Numbered from the stretch's first letter, positions 30,864-41,551 are shown. The stretch: 64,000 bases of DNA from Leptospiraceae bacterium (GCA_040217195.1 JAVJNR010000008.1:256001-320000); one strand, 5' to 3'. The notes: generated by a model not told the origin, from the sequence alone. Numbers and translations are program-made.

Positions 30864-31542
30864 TATATTCTTTAGCGAACGGAAACTCGGATTCTTCGGC
30901 TATTTCCAAAAGATGATTTAATCCGGCATCCAGAGAATCCTGAAACAGTCTATGTTCCACTGGATGCTGTGCCGGATAGGCCCAGAGAGCAAATACGAAA
31001 GGTAAGGATTCTCTCTCCTTCCACCATTGTCCCAGATCCTTGATAAAGAAACGTTGAGCATCTGGTCTTTGAGTAAACCTCAGTGCTGCATCGCCGATGA
31101 GCAGCCCACCTGTGTTGTCCTGGTTCAGGACCGCTTCTGCCAACTGCTCAGGTTCTCTGGATTCAATGCCGGGAAGATTACCGGTGGTACCATGATAGAG
31201 CACCTGCAGTAGCGCAACGGAACTGCGAGAGCCACTATCTGTGAGAATCCTTTTAGGGGGCGACGCTAGAAGATCCAGGGCCTCTCTACCGTTGCGCGCT
31301 TCAAAGTATAGGATGCTTCTCAACGCTCCATCGCAGCAAACGCCCACTGAATCACAGTAGCCAAATCGATGCTCATTTCGTAGGCATTCCACAGAGCTAA
31401 TTAGAGCTGCATCCAGTTCGCCATTCCCAAGCATCGCATAGAGTCGGGCCGGAGTGTCTTCAACCAGATCGTGGTTACCATCCTGCCTGAAACCAAAGTC
31501 CAGAGGATGCGCATTCAGATGCTTCACCAGTCCAAGTCTCAC
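30772..31542 (-). CDS. mqnA: Chorismate dehydratase (futalosine pathway)
   Basis: HLNAHPL, SRSSVAL, LLIGDAAL, DLGQWW and LPFVFALW. Confidence 0.88.
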   Translation of the reverse strand: MRLGLVKHLNAHPLDFGFRQDGNHDLVEDTPARLYAMLGNGELDAALISSVECLRNEHRFGYCDSVGVCCDGALRSILYFEARNGREALDLLASPPKRILTDSGSRSSVALLQVLYHGTTGNLPGIESREPEQLAEAVLNQDNTGGLLIGDAALRFTQRPDAQRFFIKDLGQWWKERESLPFVFALWAYPAQHPVEHRLFQDSLDAGLNHLLEIAEESEFPFAKEYITDLLHYRLGKPEWQALGRFREHLQALDLL

Positions 31543-31647
31543 TTTGGCCAGGATCGCCAGATGGAATTCGCTGAAAACACAGAATCAAAGATTTGGAAAA
31601 AAAACCGCTTCCTAATACAGAGCCTCTGGCGGCTACAGTAGTGTACA

Positions 31648-32286
31648 ATGCAGCGCTATGAATATCCGCTCAAGGCTCAGGACCTTGGCTTTGAAGCAGA
31701 ACTGTATTTGCCGGATGGAACTCAGCTTTCAGAGTCAGGGACTGAATTGAAATGCTACAGCTCTCTGGAGAATGGCCTGGCATTGATGCGAATCAATAGT
31801 TCCGATGAAGGACTATTTGCATTTCTGGGTTTGATGCAGGAATTGCCCGGAGGTCAAAGAGATGATACCCTGGCTGAATCACTACTGAGCTGTCTGAATG
31901 ATGACAGTGGAGCATCCGTGGCCAGGTTAAATCGAACCATCTGCGAAAAACACCAGTCCCTTAAATGCCTGATGCTTGAAGTCAAACCTGCAGATCAAGA
32001 GGATCCGGAGGACTATTATCTGGCTCGAGTATTCGCCGCAGGAATGCCCCCATTACTCCTGATCGATGAAGGAAATTACAGAATTCCTACAAGATCTGGC
32101 ATTCCTCTGGGAATTTCCGAGGAGCTGGAGCAGCCTTCCCAGTCTCTGGAATGGGACAGAGGAGGTATTCTCCATTTTCATTCTGATATTTCCGGTATAG
32201 TGAATATGGAATCCCTTCATCAGGACCTCATATCCTTCAATTTAGATAGTTATCCGGAAGCTTACCATGTCCGACTCAAATCCTGA
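31648..32286 (+). CDS. Degenerate SpoIIE/PP2C-like domain protein
   Basis: AAGMPPLL, GIPLGI and GGILHFHSD resemble the SpoIIE C-terminal motifs. The metal-binding acidic motifs are not evident. Confidence 0.45.
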   Translation: MQRYEYPLKAQDLGFEAELYLPDGTQLSESGTELKCYSSLENGLALMRINSSDEGLFAFLGLMQELPGGQRDDTLAESLLSCLNDDSGASVARLNRTICEKHQSLKCLMLEVKPADQEDPEDYYLARVFAAGMPPLLLIDEGNYRIPTRSGIPLGISEELEQPSQSLEWDRGGILHFHSDISGIVNMESLHQDLISFNLDSYPEAYHVRLKS

Positions 32287-32935
32287 TTCTTTCTACCGAA
32301 CTGCTCCGACCATACTTGTCATGGTCTTTTTCCTTCTTGGGGCCAGCTGCACTGAACTGAAGGTTCCACCCGTGGTGGCCCAGGGGTTTTTGATTTCTCC
32401 TCCAGAGGAAGGACCTTCGGTAAGCATTCAATGGACCGGGGAAGGACTGGATGATTCTGAATGGATTCGATCCTATACTAACTACCGAGTCTTTTTCGAC
32501 GATCTGGAAAATACCACTGGCTCCATTCGCGATTTATTGGAGCCAGGAATTCTACAGTCCATCCATCGTAGTGAAATGCGGCTGGCTGCAAATACTTCAG
32601 CTACTGAGATGAATCGGGAGCTGTTTCAAAAGTATGGTACCGGTTCTGCCGATTGTACTTTGAAAATAGAAATCCAGGAAAAGAGTCTGTCGTATTTTCC
32701 CCGCCGGGAATTCATTCAAACACCTGGAGGAATCCGTCCAGGACACATAGTTACCTACTTTGAATACTCCTATTGCCTGAACGATCGCTGCAAGAATTAC
32801 AAGATTGAACGCACCATTCGTACACATACAGATGAAGCGGCGGCCCGGCTAGAAACCGAGGCCGGACTAGTCCTCAAGCAGATGCAAAGTGATGCGTATG
32901 ATTTCCTGAGCAGCAGTACAGAATGCCAGAAATGA
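32267..32935 (+). CDS. Hypothetical lipoprotein
   Basis: LLGASC lipobox. Overlaps the upstream gene. Confidence 0.55.
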   Translation: MSDSNPDSFYRTAPTILVMVFFLLGASCTELKVPPVVAQGFLISPPEEGPSVSIQWTGEGLDDSEWIRSYTNYRVFFDDLENTTGSIRDLLEPGILQSIHRSEMRLAANTSATEMNRELFQKYGTGSADCTLKIEIQEKSLSYFPRREFIQTPGGIRPGHIVTYFEYSYCLNDRCKNYKIERTIRTHTDEAAARLETEAGLVLKQMQSDAYDFLSSSTECQK

Positions 32936-33037
32936 ATCTCATGAAAGGTTCCGGCACTGGACTTTAGAAGTAGCCGTCTGACGATTGACCTGGAAGTCTG
33001 GGAGCACGGCTAGTATTACCATCCCCGGAGTAATGAC

Positions 33038-33433
33038 ATGAGTATGCAGCAACCTATTCTAATGTGGAGCTCCCTGGCAATTGCAATCATACTGGGAGCC
33101 TTCGGTCAAATTCTAATGAAGGAAGCCATGAAAGCCGCAGGACCGGTTCCCCTGGATAGATCCACCGCCGAACTACTCCAGTACACCTTTGAAATCCTAA
33201 TTTCCTGGAGAGTATTGCTTCTGGGGCTTTGCTATGGAATAAGCATTCTATTGTGGCTTGGTGTACTTAGTGTTGCAGATCTAAGTATGGCACGGCCCAT
33301 CATGAGCGCTGGATATTTGATCACACTTGCCTATGGTATCTACATTGGTGAGCAGGTAACAACAGAAAGGATAGTCGGTACGTTTTTGATTATCGCAGGT
33401 CTTTTTTTCGTTGCGAAAAGCCAGAATGGATGA
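33038..33433 (+). CDS. Small DMT/EamA (ArnE/ArnF-like) membrane protein
   Basis: Four TM segments, GQILMK, DLSMARP and GEQVT. Confidence 0.72.
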   Translation: MSMQQPILMWSSLAIAIILGAFGQILMKEAMKAAGPVPLDRSTAELLQYTFEILISWRVLLLGLCYGISILLWLGVLSVADLSMARPIMSAGYLITLAYGIYIGEQVTTERIVGTFLIIAGLFFVAKSQNG

Positions 33434-33447
33434 GATGCTAATTTGAA

Positions 33448-34482
33448 ATGAGAGCCGCAGTACTCGAAAAAGGAAATCCTGAACTAATCATCCGGGACGT
33501 GAACGAACCCGAGCTGGGCCCTGGTGAAGTCCGGGTCGCTGTAGAGGCCTGTGGTGTTTGCGGATCGGATTTACATATCACCCTTCATCCCATGATCCGG
33601 TTGAAACATTACCCGATCATTCCAGGCCATGAATCTGCAGGTCATATTCTTGAATGCGGAGAAGGCGTAACGGATCTAAAAAAAGGCCAACGAGTGGTCA
33701 TTTCTGCAGGAACGAGCTGCGGCAAGTGCCCTGCCTGTAAGGCCGGGCGAGAAAATCGTTGTCCAGAAGTTGGTGTACTTGGCTTCGATCGAGATGGTGC
33801 CTTTGCACAACAGATTGTTGTAGAAAGAAACAAGGTTTTTCCTCTGCCTGATTCCATTCCCATAGAGCAGGGAGCCATTCTGGCGGATGCGGTTTCCACA
33901 CCCTATCATGCCATACGCTTTGTAGGAGAAATGAAACCAGCCGAATCGGTGCTCATCGCAGGTTGCGGTGGTCTGGGGATCCATGGAGTGATGATTGCCG
34001 GAGCCCTAAAAGCGAACCGAATCCTTGCCCTGGATGTGGACGATGGAGCCCTTTCCAATGCCCGGAGAGCTGGAGCCCAGGAAACCTACAATGCACGGGA
34101 AATGAAGCGCACCATGCAGAAGATCCGGGCCGCCGGGGACCTGGATCTAATTGTGGATTTTAGTGGAGTCTATTCGAATGCAGAGTACCTGATTCGCGGA
34201 TTGCGCCCTGGAGGACGGTATGTTATGGTAGGCCTGGGAAAAGGGACCCTGGGCTTCTCCATGCCTCCCTATATGATTTACAAGGAGCTCTCCATAAGAG
34301 GAGCTTACGGTAGCGATTCACGCAGTATGCCAGAGCTCATAGAGCATTTACATAGCGGCCGGCTGGATCTGACCATGAGCATTACTTCCAGACATCCACT
34401 ATCCGAAATTAATCAATGTCTGCATAAACTGGATTCCAGAGATGAGAATCCAATCCGCTATATAATTGAACCCCAGAAATAA
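33448..34482 (+). CDS. Zinc-dependent alcohol dehydrogenase family protein
   Basis: CGSDLH, GHESAG, CGKCPAC...C and GCGGLG. Confidence 0.92.
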   Translation: MRAAVLEKGNPELIIRDVNEPELGPGEVRVAVEACGVCGSDLHITLHPMIRLKHYPIIPGHESAGHILECGEGVTDLKKGQRVVISAGTSCGKCPACKAGRENRCPEVGVLGFDRDGAFAQQIVVERNKVFPLPDSIPIEQGAILADAVSTPYHAIRFVGEMKPAESVLIAGCGGLGIHGVMIAGALKANRILALDVDDGALSNARRAGAQETYNAREMKRTMQKIRAAGDLDLIVDFSGVYSNAEYLIRGLRPGGRYVMVGLGKGTLGFSMPPYMIYKELSIRGAYGSDSRSMPELIEHLHSGRLDLTMSITSRHPLSEINQCLHKLDSRDENPIRYIIEPQK

Positions 34483-34508
34483 AGAATGCGAAAACACAGG
34501 GAGAATCT

Positions 34509-34811
34509 ATGGAACGGAAGAAACTTACCGAACAGGAAATTCAGGATGCATTGAAAGAGCTGAAGGACTGGGAAGAAAAGGATGGGAAGCTTTTCTGCGA
34601 AATTCAGTTTGAAGACTTCAATGAAGCCTTTTCCTTTATGGTAGGGGTGGCCATCCAGGCAGAGAAAATGGACCATCATCCAGAGTGGTTCAATGTGTAT
34701 AACAAGCTTAGAATCTGGCTGCACACACATGACATGGGTGGAATTACGCCTCTGGATGTGGAAATGGCCCGATTTATCCAGGCTCGTCAGGAGCTGATGG
34801 AAAGGGACTAA
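34509..34811 (+). CDS. phhB: Pterin-4a-carbinolamine dehydratase
   Basis: [11 protein letters not shown]...HTHD.GG.T.LD. Confidence 0.93.
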   Translation: MERKKLTEQEIQDALKELKDWEEKDGKLFCEIQFEDFNEAFSFMVGVAIQAEKMDHHPEWFNVYNKLRIWLHTHDMGGITPLDVEMARFIQARQELMERD

Positions 34812-35874
34812 TATCTTGAATGGCTTTGCAATCCGTCAAAGCCATGAGCAATCTTTCCAGACCCAGAGCTACGCCGGTACCGGATGGAAGTCCGTAATCC
34901 ATCCTTCTTAGAAATTGCTCGGGTAACACCGGTGCAGTACCGGTGAGTTCTTTCTTAAGCTTTGCCTCAGCCATCATTCGATTTCGTTGCTCGGTGGCAT
35001 CTTGAAGCTCGAAATAACCGTTGGCCAGTTCCAGGCCTTTCCAGAAAACTTCGAATCGTCTGGCTATGCCATTTCGTAGCTGTGCATAGGCGGACAGAGG
35101 TTCCGGGAATCCGTACACGGCGGTAATGTCATTCACAGAAAATGTCGGCTCTATGTAGTTTAAGAAGAGAGTGAAAAAGAATTCCTCGTAGTTTCGATTT
35201 CTAAATACCTCTGTTGTATCTGCTGCAAAATGCCCACGGTTCAAACAGTCATTCCTTAGCTCATGTTCGGTCAGGCCGGTGCCCAGAATACCACGGAATA
35301 GCTCATCCACGGAAATGATCTTCAGAGCTGGAATCCATGTCTGGACGAATCCGGATTTGTCTGAGAAGGAGCCTCCGGATTCTTGCTCCAATGAACCAGG
35401 CTCATCTATCCTTGTATTTCTAAGAGATTTACAACTCTCAAGGAGACTCTGGATAAGTTCGTAGATGAATTGAATACTCTGAAATTCATCCCTGGAGTTA
35501 TCGTACCATTCCAACATCAGAAATTCGCTGGAGTGAAGACTGCCATATTCTCCGCTGCGAAAGCAATGAGCAATTTCAAAGATATTCCGCTGAAGCCTGG
35601 ACCAGAGTATCTTCAGGTTGAATTCTGGACTGGTAATTAAGGCAGGCCAGATATCTGACTCAAATTCAGTAGAGGAATCCGGGGCGGCATTTACTTCCCG
35701 GGCTCCGGGTTGCGAAGATCGCACAAAGAAGGGATGCAAGAAAGGTTCTGGCGTGGACCAGCGGTTCAGAGCAGGGGTTTCTACTTCCAGAAAGGAGTGA
35801 CTTCTAAAATAGGATCGAATTTGCTGCAGATATTCGCTGCGAAGTTCAAGGATGTGCCCGTCCAGTTCGTTCAT
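34774..35874 (-). CDS. epmA: EF-P lysine aminoacylase (EpmA/GenX), LysRS catalytic-domain paralog
   Basis: FLEVETP, TSPEF..K, CFRSGE...H..EF.MLEWY, ELANGY.EL and GVALGLERL. No anticodon-binding domain. Confidence 0.82.
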   Translation of the reverse strand: MNELDGHILELRSEYLQQIRSYFRSHSFLEVETPALNRWSTPEPFLHPFFVRSSQPGAREVNAAPDSSTEFESDIWPALITSPEFNLKILWSRLQRNIFEIAHCFRSGEYGSLHSSEFLMLEWYDNSRDEFQSIQFIYELIQSLLESCKSLRNTRIDEPGSLEQESGGSFSDKSGFVQTWIPALKIISVDELFRGILGTGLTEHELRNDCLNRGHFAADTTEVFRNRNYEEFFFTLFLNYIEPTFSVNDITAVYGFPEPLSAYAQLRNGIARRFEVFWKGLELANGYFELQDATEQRNRMMAEAKLKKELTGTAPVLPEQFLRRMDYGLPSGTGVALGLERLLMALTDCKAIQDISPFPSAPDEPG

Positions 35875-35940
35875 GTGATCTTGGCTTTCCTGGATTTCCT
35901 GGACTTTTTATGGTAACGAAAGAGCTTTCTGTAAGGAGAC

Positions 35941-37191
35941 TCAGTCCACCTCCAGAAATAGTTCCAGTTCCACATTTTCAGGCCTTAGATCATCCAGAGA
36001 CAGGGATGGTTCAAATTCATCCACTGAATAAACAATAGAAGGATTGGAATCCTCGGGGATACGTAGCAGCTCCAGATCATGCACTGAATCTAGAAATTGA
36101 ACCCCTCCATCCAGAGCTTTCCCCGGTCCGGGTACAGCAGGTTCCCGGTCCTTTTTATAAAGGATTCTACATTGAGGAACTTGCTCTATGCGCCCTTCTC
36201 GAACATCCACAAAGCAACCTTTCTGCTCGATTCGTTCCGGAGCTTCTTCGTCTTGATAAAGATAATGAATGCTTCGCAGTGCCACAGGAACTTTAAACTC
36301 CAGTCTATTGCTGGATGCTTTTCCGGGCTGAATCACAACCACTCTGGTTCCGTCCGAAAGATACGTCACAGTAAAGCCACCGGTTATCATGGGACTACCC
36401 ACACGTTGCCCTCGGCCGGAAGCAGGTAAAACCACTACCAGAGTTCTATTCATCTGCCGATTCCAGGAAATTCGATAAAGAATCGATCGATGCTCTTCCT
36501 GACCGGCTATAAAATTTGGGCCTTCAGAAAAGAAAACCGGTTCCAGACGTAGTCGGTCCCGATGGACGATCCAGAGTTCTCCTTTTACAAATGTCAGACC
36601 TCTCAGGACCCGGGACGGTGCCTCCAGACTGCCGGTACGCTTAAAGGTCTCAGGGTTGAATCGATGAATCATTCCCTGCTGCCCATCTGTGATCCAGATT
36701 TGACCGCGGTAGAAAGCTATGTCTCTGGCCTCATTGATCCCGGTCTGTCCGGAGTAAAGAATTCTGCCGGAATCCGGTGAGTACACGTGGACTTTGCCGT
36801 TTCCTTTTTCCAGCAAATAAACAACGCCCGGACCAAAGGCCATTCCGGCCACACGATCCACAGGCACCGAAAGACGATCCATTTGCTTGCCGGTCACAGG
36901 ACTGTAACGATAAAAAGCATTCCTGGAACCTGCATAAATGTAACCATCGAAGGGGGAGTACCGAATCCCATACAGGTAGCGATTGCCGTAGAAGTAGGCC
37001 TGCATTCGCCCTTTGTCATCGGCCCGGTAGATTTTCCGTCCGCTGAGCTCGGTGAACCAGAAATATTGACCGTCGTGGGCCAGACCATAAGGCACTCCGG
37101 GGATGGGAAAGCCCCTCTCTTCGGCAGAGAGCCCGGTGGCCAGAAAGGCCAGAGCGATGAGGAGTAGAGAACGCACTATCAGTGCAGGCAT
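35941..37191 (-). CDS. Exported beta-propeller protein (glutaminyl-cyclase/NHL-like N-terminal domain)
   Basis: Signal peptide followed by repeated blades (PYGLAHDG..FW, GMAFG, DIAFY.G.IW, GLTFV.GELW). Confidence 0.6.
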   Translation of the reverse strand: MPALIVRSLLLIALAFLATGLSAEERGFPIPGVPYGLAHDGQYFWFTELSGRKIYRADDKGRMQAYFYGNRYLYGIRYSPFDGYIYAGSRNAFYRYSPVTGKQMDRLSVPVDRVAGMAFGPGVVYLLEKGNGKVHVYSPDSGRILYSGQTGINEARDIAFYRGQIWITDGQQGMIHRFNPETFKRTGSLEAPSRVLRGLTFVKGELWIVHRDRLRLEPVFFSEGPNFIAGQEEHRSILYRISWNRQMNRTLVVVLPASGRGQRVGSPMITGGFTVTYLSDGTRVVVIQPGKASSNRLEFKVPVALRSIHYLYQDEEAPERIEQKGCFVDVREGRIEQVPQCRILYKKDREPAVPGPGKALDGGVQFLDSVHDLELLRIPEDSNPSIVYSVDEFEPSLSLDDLRPENVELELFLEVD

Positions 37192-37276
37192 GAAAGGTGG
37201 GAATAGCAATCTGGCGCTGAAATGCACAGGATTTTTTCCTTGCCTCAAAAGGCTTTTTTTCGTCTATTGATTTAGA

Positions 37277-38209
37277 ATGATTTTAAATCCGAAGAGATTT
37301 AAAATCGCCCAGGAGGATGCGGTGAAGGCAGAAAATGCAAAAACAAAGAAGCGAACCCGGACGCAGCAAGGTGCCGATTCAGACGCCAGCGACTCCATAC
37401 TGAACTGGTATCTAAATGAAATCCATAAAATTCCCATGCTCACAAGAGAGCAGGAGTTTGAAGTGGCCACAAAGGCCCGAGAAGCAGATCAGGAAGCACG
37501 GGATCTTCTTGTGCGGTCCAACCTTCGGTTTGTAGTAACGGTAGCCCGAAGATATCAATCCTATGGATTGAGTCTGATGGATCTGATCAATGAGGGTAAT
37601 CTGGGCCTGATCAAGGCTGCAGAGAGATTCAACCCGGATCGGGGCTTTCACTTCATCTCCTACGCTGTATGGTGGATCAAACAATCCATTCTATTTGCCA
37701 TCCAGCAGAAGTCCCATCTGATTCGTCTTCCTCTGAACCGAACCGCCGACCTGAGGCGAATTGAAGAGGCAGAGCGATGGATGGATAACCAGGATGATGT
37801 GGAATCCAATCTGGAAAACCTGGCCCAATATGTTGAAATGAAGCCGGAAGATCTGAATCATCTTCTGCGCATGAGCCGGGACCATTTAAGTCTGGATGCG
37901 CCATTCGCGGATGCAGAGGACTTTACTCTGGGAGAAAACATAGAAGATGATGGTGATCCCGGTCCCGAATATGCAATTGAGACAGATCAGCTAAAAACTG
38001 AAATCGAAGCCAGTCTGGATGAACTCACTCCAAGAGAGAGACGTGTGCTTACACTCCGGTTTGGCCTGGGCGATAGCCCGGTGTATTCGCTTCAGAAGAT
38101 TGGCAAAATGGTAGGACTCTCAAAAGAGAGGATCCGACAAATAGAAAAGAAAGCAATACGTAAGATTAGAACAGGTAAGTTCGGTCAAAAGCTGAACGCT
38201 TATCTGTAG
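37277..38209 (+). CDS. RNA polymerase sigma-70 family factor (RpoD/RpoS-like, short)
   Basis: YLNEI..IPMLT, NLRFVV, DLINEGNLGLIKAAERF, SYAVWWIKQ and region 4 ERIRQIEKKA. Confidence 0.93.
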   Translation: MILNPKRFKIAQEDAVKAENAKTKKRTRTQQGADSDASDSILNWYLNEIHKIPMLTREQEFEVATKAREADQEARDLLVRSNLRFVVTVARRYQSYGLSLMDLINEGNLGLIKAAERFNPDRGFHFISYAVWWIKQSILFAIQQKSHLIRLPLNRTADLRRIEEAERWMDNQDDVESNLENLAQYVEMKPEDLNHLLRMSRDHLSLDAPFADAEDFTLGENIEDDGDPGPEYAIETDQLKTEIEASLDELTPRERRVLTLRFGLGDSPVYSLQKIGKMVGLSKERIRQIEKKAIRKIRTGKFGQKLNAYL

Positions 38210-38255
38210 CAGAAGACGGGGCAATCGCCCCATTACTCAGTCTGTTCCCAACCCT

Positions 38256-38280
38256 GGCGGCCTCCGGTCGCCTTTTTTTT
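38256..38280 (+). terminator. Rho-independent terminator after the sigma factor gene
   Basis: GGCGGCC-TCC-GGTCGCC hairpin followed by T8. Confidence 0.8.
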
Positions 38281-38318
38281 GAATTGAAACCAGGCCTCTG
38301 CTTTAACCTGCTGTTACC

Positions 38319-39428
38319 ATGCTCCGACTGGGTTTGTTGTTCTCTCCAATCATGGCTTTAATTCTGTTCCGGTATCCGGCTGTATCCATGGACCCGCTTC
38401 CGGCTCTGTCCCAGGTCGATAGCGCAGAGATTTCTGCTCCGGGCAATGTGATTTCCAGATTGGATTATCAGTTGCTCTGGAATCAGGAGGGTAAGCAAAA
38501 AATCTTTAAATCGTCTCGCATTCTGGCGCTTCCCGAAGAGGCGGCAGATCGCAAGATCTATGTACCTTTTGCAGGGCAGGGATATTTCCTGTTTCAGCGA
38601 ATGGGCAAGGAAATAGAACATCGCAGCTCCACCGGCGAACTATTCTGGCAGAGAGAAAGCTCCGCCTATCCGGTCTCCAGTCCCGATGGCGACATACTTC
38701 TTCTTATTACCGGTGACTCCAATCGAGTGGATGTGATGGATCGAAACGGAATTCTTGTAGAATCTTCTGTCCTTTCAGGTAGCTTACTTGTAGACTACAG
38801 CTTTTCCAGACCTGGAAAGGAGAAATCCGGAGCTTCTGCCCTGGTATTGTTTTCGGACGGTAGATTCTATCTTCTGGGAACCGCGGGCAAGCTTCTGTTT
38901 AGCGGTAGCGTTTCAGAAGAACCCATTTTTGCAAGAAGTGCAGCTCTTTCTGCGGATGGCACCAGTCTGGCTTTTCATTATGATCAGAACGGAAAGGATC
39001 GGGTGCAGGTGCTTCAGCTGGAGTTGACAGAGGAGGGAAACTCGGTCAATCGAAGCTTTGATATTGAACTGAAGAGCAATCATCCCTATACAATTTCAAT
39101 GCTGGTTCAGGATGATCTGGCATTGCTGGGCCCTCCCGGGGAAACCATAGCCATTCATTCAGGAGACATTGTTCTGGATCGTATCTATGAGGCTTCGCAG
39201 GATCCTTCTCTTCATAAGGCGATGGCCTGGATGGATGGTGCTTTCCTTATGCAGGAGCAAAGAAGAATGCTGATTCTGGATCAGGAAGGTCGGCTGCTGG
39301 GAACCTTTTCCATGCCTGAACTATATTCGGCAGGTAGATTGCTGCCCGCCAACAAAGGTCAGGCACTCTATCATAACCTGAGCGGCCAGATGAGACTGTT
39401 TCAACTGGAACCTGCATCTGTGGAATAG
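38319..39428 (+). CDS. Hypothetical exported beta-propeller-like protein
   Basis: Signal peptide plus SPDG and SADG blade-like motifs. Confidence 0.55.
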   Translation: MLRLGLLFSPIMALILFRYPAVSMDPLPALSQVDSAEISAPGNVISRLDYQLLWNQEGKQKIFKSSRILALPEEAADRKIYVPFAGQGYFLFQRMGKEIEHRSSTGELFWQRESSAYPVSSPDGDILLLITGDSNRVDVMDRNGILVESSVLSGSLLVDYSFSRPGKEKSGASALVLFSDGRFYLLGTAGKLLFSGSVSEEPIFARSAALSADGTSLAFHYDQNGKDRVQVLQLELTEEGNSVNRSFDIELKSNHPYTISMLVQDDLALLGPPGETIAIHSGDIVLDRIYEASQDPSLHKAMAWMDGAFLMQEQRRMLILDQEGRLLGTFSMPELYSAGRLLPANKGQALYHNLSGQMRLFQLEPASVE

Positions 39429-40354
39429 ATGGAGACTCCGCGATTTCTTACTTCCAGGTCAGCCAGTAGCATTCCAATGACTTCGGTACAGTGACCTGGC
39501 TGTATGTTGAATATTAAATGATCCAGGTTTTCCCGGCTAATAAACAATCCACGACCATGCTGATCGCCCAGGCCCACAGGTAATCCTTTTTCATCCAGAG
39601 TCACCTGTCTTTCCAGACGTCTGAGAATCTCGGACCGGTCCAGTCCACCTGTGAAGTCTCGGACCACCAGTATGCAGTAGTTGCGTACCACCCCGGCTTC
39701 CAGCTCCACACGGTTTTTGCCCGGTTCTGGAAGCCGGCCGTAAACCATGGCATTGCTCATAAGTTCTTCCAGAATTTGACGCACCAGGGTTGGAGCCCCT
39801 CCACGACCCAGTAGCTCGGTGGCCAGATCACAGGCTCTATCCTTTTCTTCCGGGGTTTCTATGGAAAGCCTGTAAAGCTTTCCTGTTTCTGGACTGAATT
39901 GCTCATCCTTTAAAAGACGATGCATGGTAGCAAAGCTGCAGTGCTCCACAACACATTCTGGAAAGTATTCAGCGACGCCGAAGATGCGCTTATAGAGGAG
40001 CTTCTGGATCATTACATGGATGAAGTGCAGGTCCAGAAATGTAGACTTGGGAATAATATTCCAGATCTTTAATTCCCGGGCATATCGCACATAGTCATTG
40101 ATATCGTAAGCAGTCATCAAAGCAAATGGCCTATTAGGATACTCTTTGCGAAACAGTTCGATTAGTTCCAGCCCACCCATCTGAGGCATTCGAATGTCTG
40201 TTAGAAGGAAATCCACTCTCTTGTTCTGGCAGACTTCCCAGGCATCAGCTCCATCGGCAGCCTGCATTACTTCAAAATGAAAAGAAAGATAATCCGCTAT
40301 GGCCGTGCGGATAGAGGGAATATCATCAACGATCAATACCGACTGTTGCTTCAT
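39401..40354 (-). CDS. Response regulator with a C-terminal HATPase (RsbW-like) domain
   Basis: REC domain (IVDD, TDIRMP, MTAY) plus ELMSNAMVYG, D.TGGL and HGRGLFI. Confidence 0.8.
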   Translation of the reverse strand: MKQQSVLIVDDIPSIRTAIADYLSFHFEVMQAADGADAWEVCQNKRVDFLLTDIRMPQMGGLELIELFRKEYPNRPFALMTAYDINDYVRYARELKIWNIIPKSTFLDLHFIHVMIQKLLYKRIFGVAEYFPECVVEHCSFATMHRLLKDEQFSPETGKLYRLSIETPEEKDRACDLATELLGRGGAPTLVRQILEELMSNAMVYGRLPEPGKNRVELEAGVVRNYCILVVRDFTGGLDRSEILRRLERQVTLDEKGLPVGLGDQHGRGLFISRENLDHLIFNIQPGHCTEVIGMLLADLEVRNRGVSIYSTDAGSS

Positions 40355-41487
40355 CCATCCACCTCGCTACGACGGTGAGGGAGGGATACAAAAAAGCGGG
40401 TGCTCTTACCGCTGGTGCGAACTGTCAACCGGCCATTATGTTCTCGTACAATACCGAGAGAAATGGAAAGCCCCAGGCCGGTGCCCCTTCCTCCAGCTGA
40501 TTGGCTGTAGAACGGAACAAAGACCCGGCGAATTTGATCTTCAGGAATTCCACCTGCATCATCTTCTACGATCATATGCACATATCTGGGTGAGGTTCGC
40601 ACTTCCACACGAATCTCACCTGGAGAATAATCATAGGCCTGCAGAGAATTCCTGAACAAATTGATAAGAAGTCTTTCAATCTTTTCCTGGTTGAAATAGA
40701 ATATGACCGTGTCTTCCTCTGAATTTAGATTCCAGTGGATTCGCCTGGAAAGTACCGGATAAAGTCTCACAGTGTTGGCCTGAGCTCTCTGAATGACTCG
40801 AAGCAGGTCACCTCTGTTCCTGGTCAGATTTCCTGGCCGGGCCAGCCCCAGAATATCCGAAACGATTCGAGCCGCCTGGCGCAAATCCTTCTGAAGAATC
40901 TGCAATCGATGCAGCACTTCACGGCTTTCCATAGTCGTGAGATTGGCTTCCAGGTTCTGCAATGTGAGTCCCATTCCTGTAAGCGGGTTGTTCAGCTCAT
41001 GTGCAATTCCACTGATCATCGTGCCCAGGCTGGCCAGATTTTCCATTCTCAGAGCCTCTTCTTGTTGCTCCCTTTGCCTGGTTATATCCTCTACGATTTC
41101 CACCATGCGGACTCGGACGGTCTGGCCCAGTATGAAATTCAATTTGAAAGTCAGTTCCCCTTGAAGTCCTGGATGATGTATTATTTTCTCTTCCGTTGGG
41201 GTTTCGGCCCAGCCTTCCTCGGTCGGCTCTTCTCTGGGTCCAGACAGAGGCGGTGGATTCCATTCGTTTTCCAGCGGGCAGAACGGGCAGACTGAGTCCC
41301 GGTTATGGATCAGTCTGTAGCATGGCTGTCCGATGGCTTCCTTGTATCTATCCTGACCGGACAGTCGAAGAGCGGATTTGTTCAGCCGGACAATCCGGTA
41401 GGCCCCATCAATGGCAAACGTAGCTGCAGGCTGGGAATCCAGAATGGCTTCTGTTTCGTCCAGACGTAGTTCGGTGAATTCGGACAC
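40351..41487 (-). CDS. PAS sensor histidine kinase
   Basis: IAHELNNPL H-box, N-box, DDAGGI and GTGLGLSI. Overlaps the regulator gene by 4 nt. Confidence 0.93.
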   Translation of the reverse strand: MSEFTELRLDETEAILDSQPAATFAIDGAYRIVRLNKSALRLSGQDRYKEAIGQPCYRLIHNRDSVCPFCPLENEWNPPPLSGPREEPTEEGWAETPTEEKIIHHPGLQGELTFKLNFILGQTVRVRMVEIVEDITRQREQQEEALRMENLASLGTMISGIAHELNNPLTGMGLTLQNLEANLTTMESREVLHRLQILQKDLRQAARIVSDILGLARPGNLTRNRGDLLRVIQRAQANTVRLYPVLSRRIHWNLNSEEDTVIFYFNQEKIERLLINLFRNSLQAYDYSPGEIRVEVRTSPRYVHMIVEDDAGGIPEDQIRRVFVPFYSQSAGGRGTGLGLSISLGIVREHNGRLTVRTSGKSTRFFVSLPHRRSEVDG

Positions 41488-41523
41488 GATCCAAGGCTGA
41501 AGCCATGTCGATCAGGCACAAAT

Positions 41524-41551
41524 AAAAAAGGCCAGCACGAAGCTGGCCTTT
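41524..41551 (-). terminator. Rho-independent terminator after the FcpB-like gene
   Basis: Minus strand AAAGGCCAGC-TTCGT-GCTGGCC followed by T6. Confidence 0.8.
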
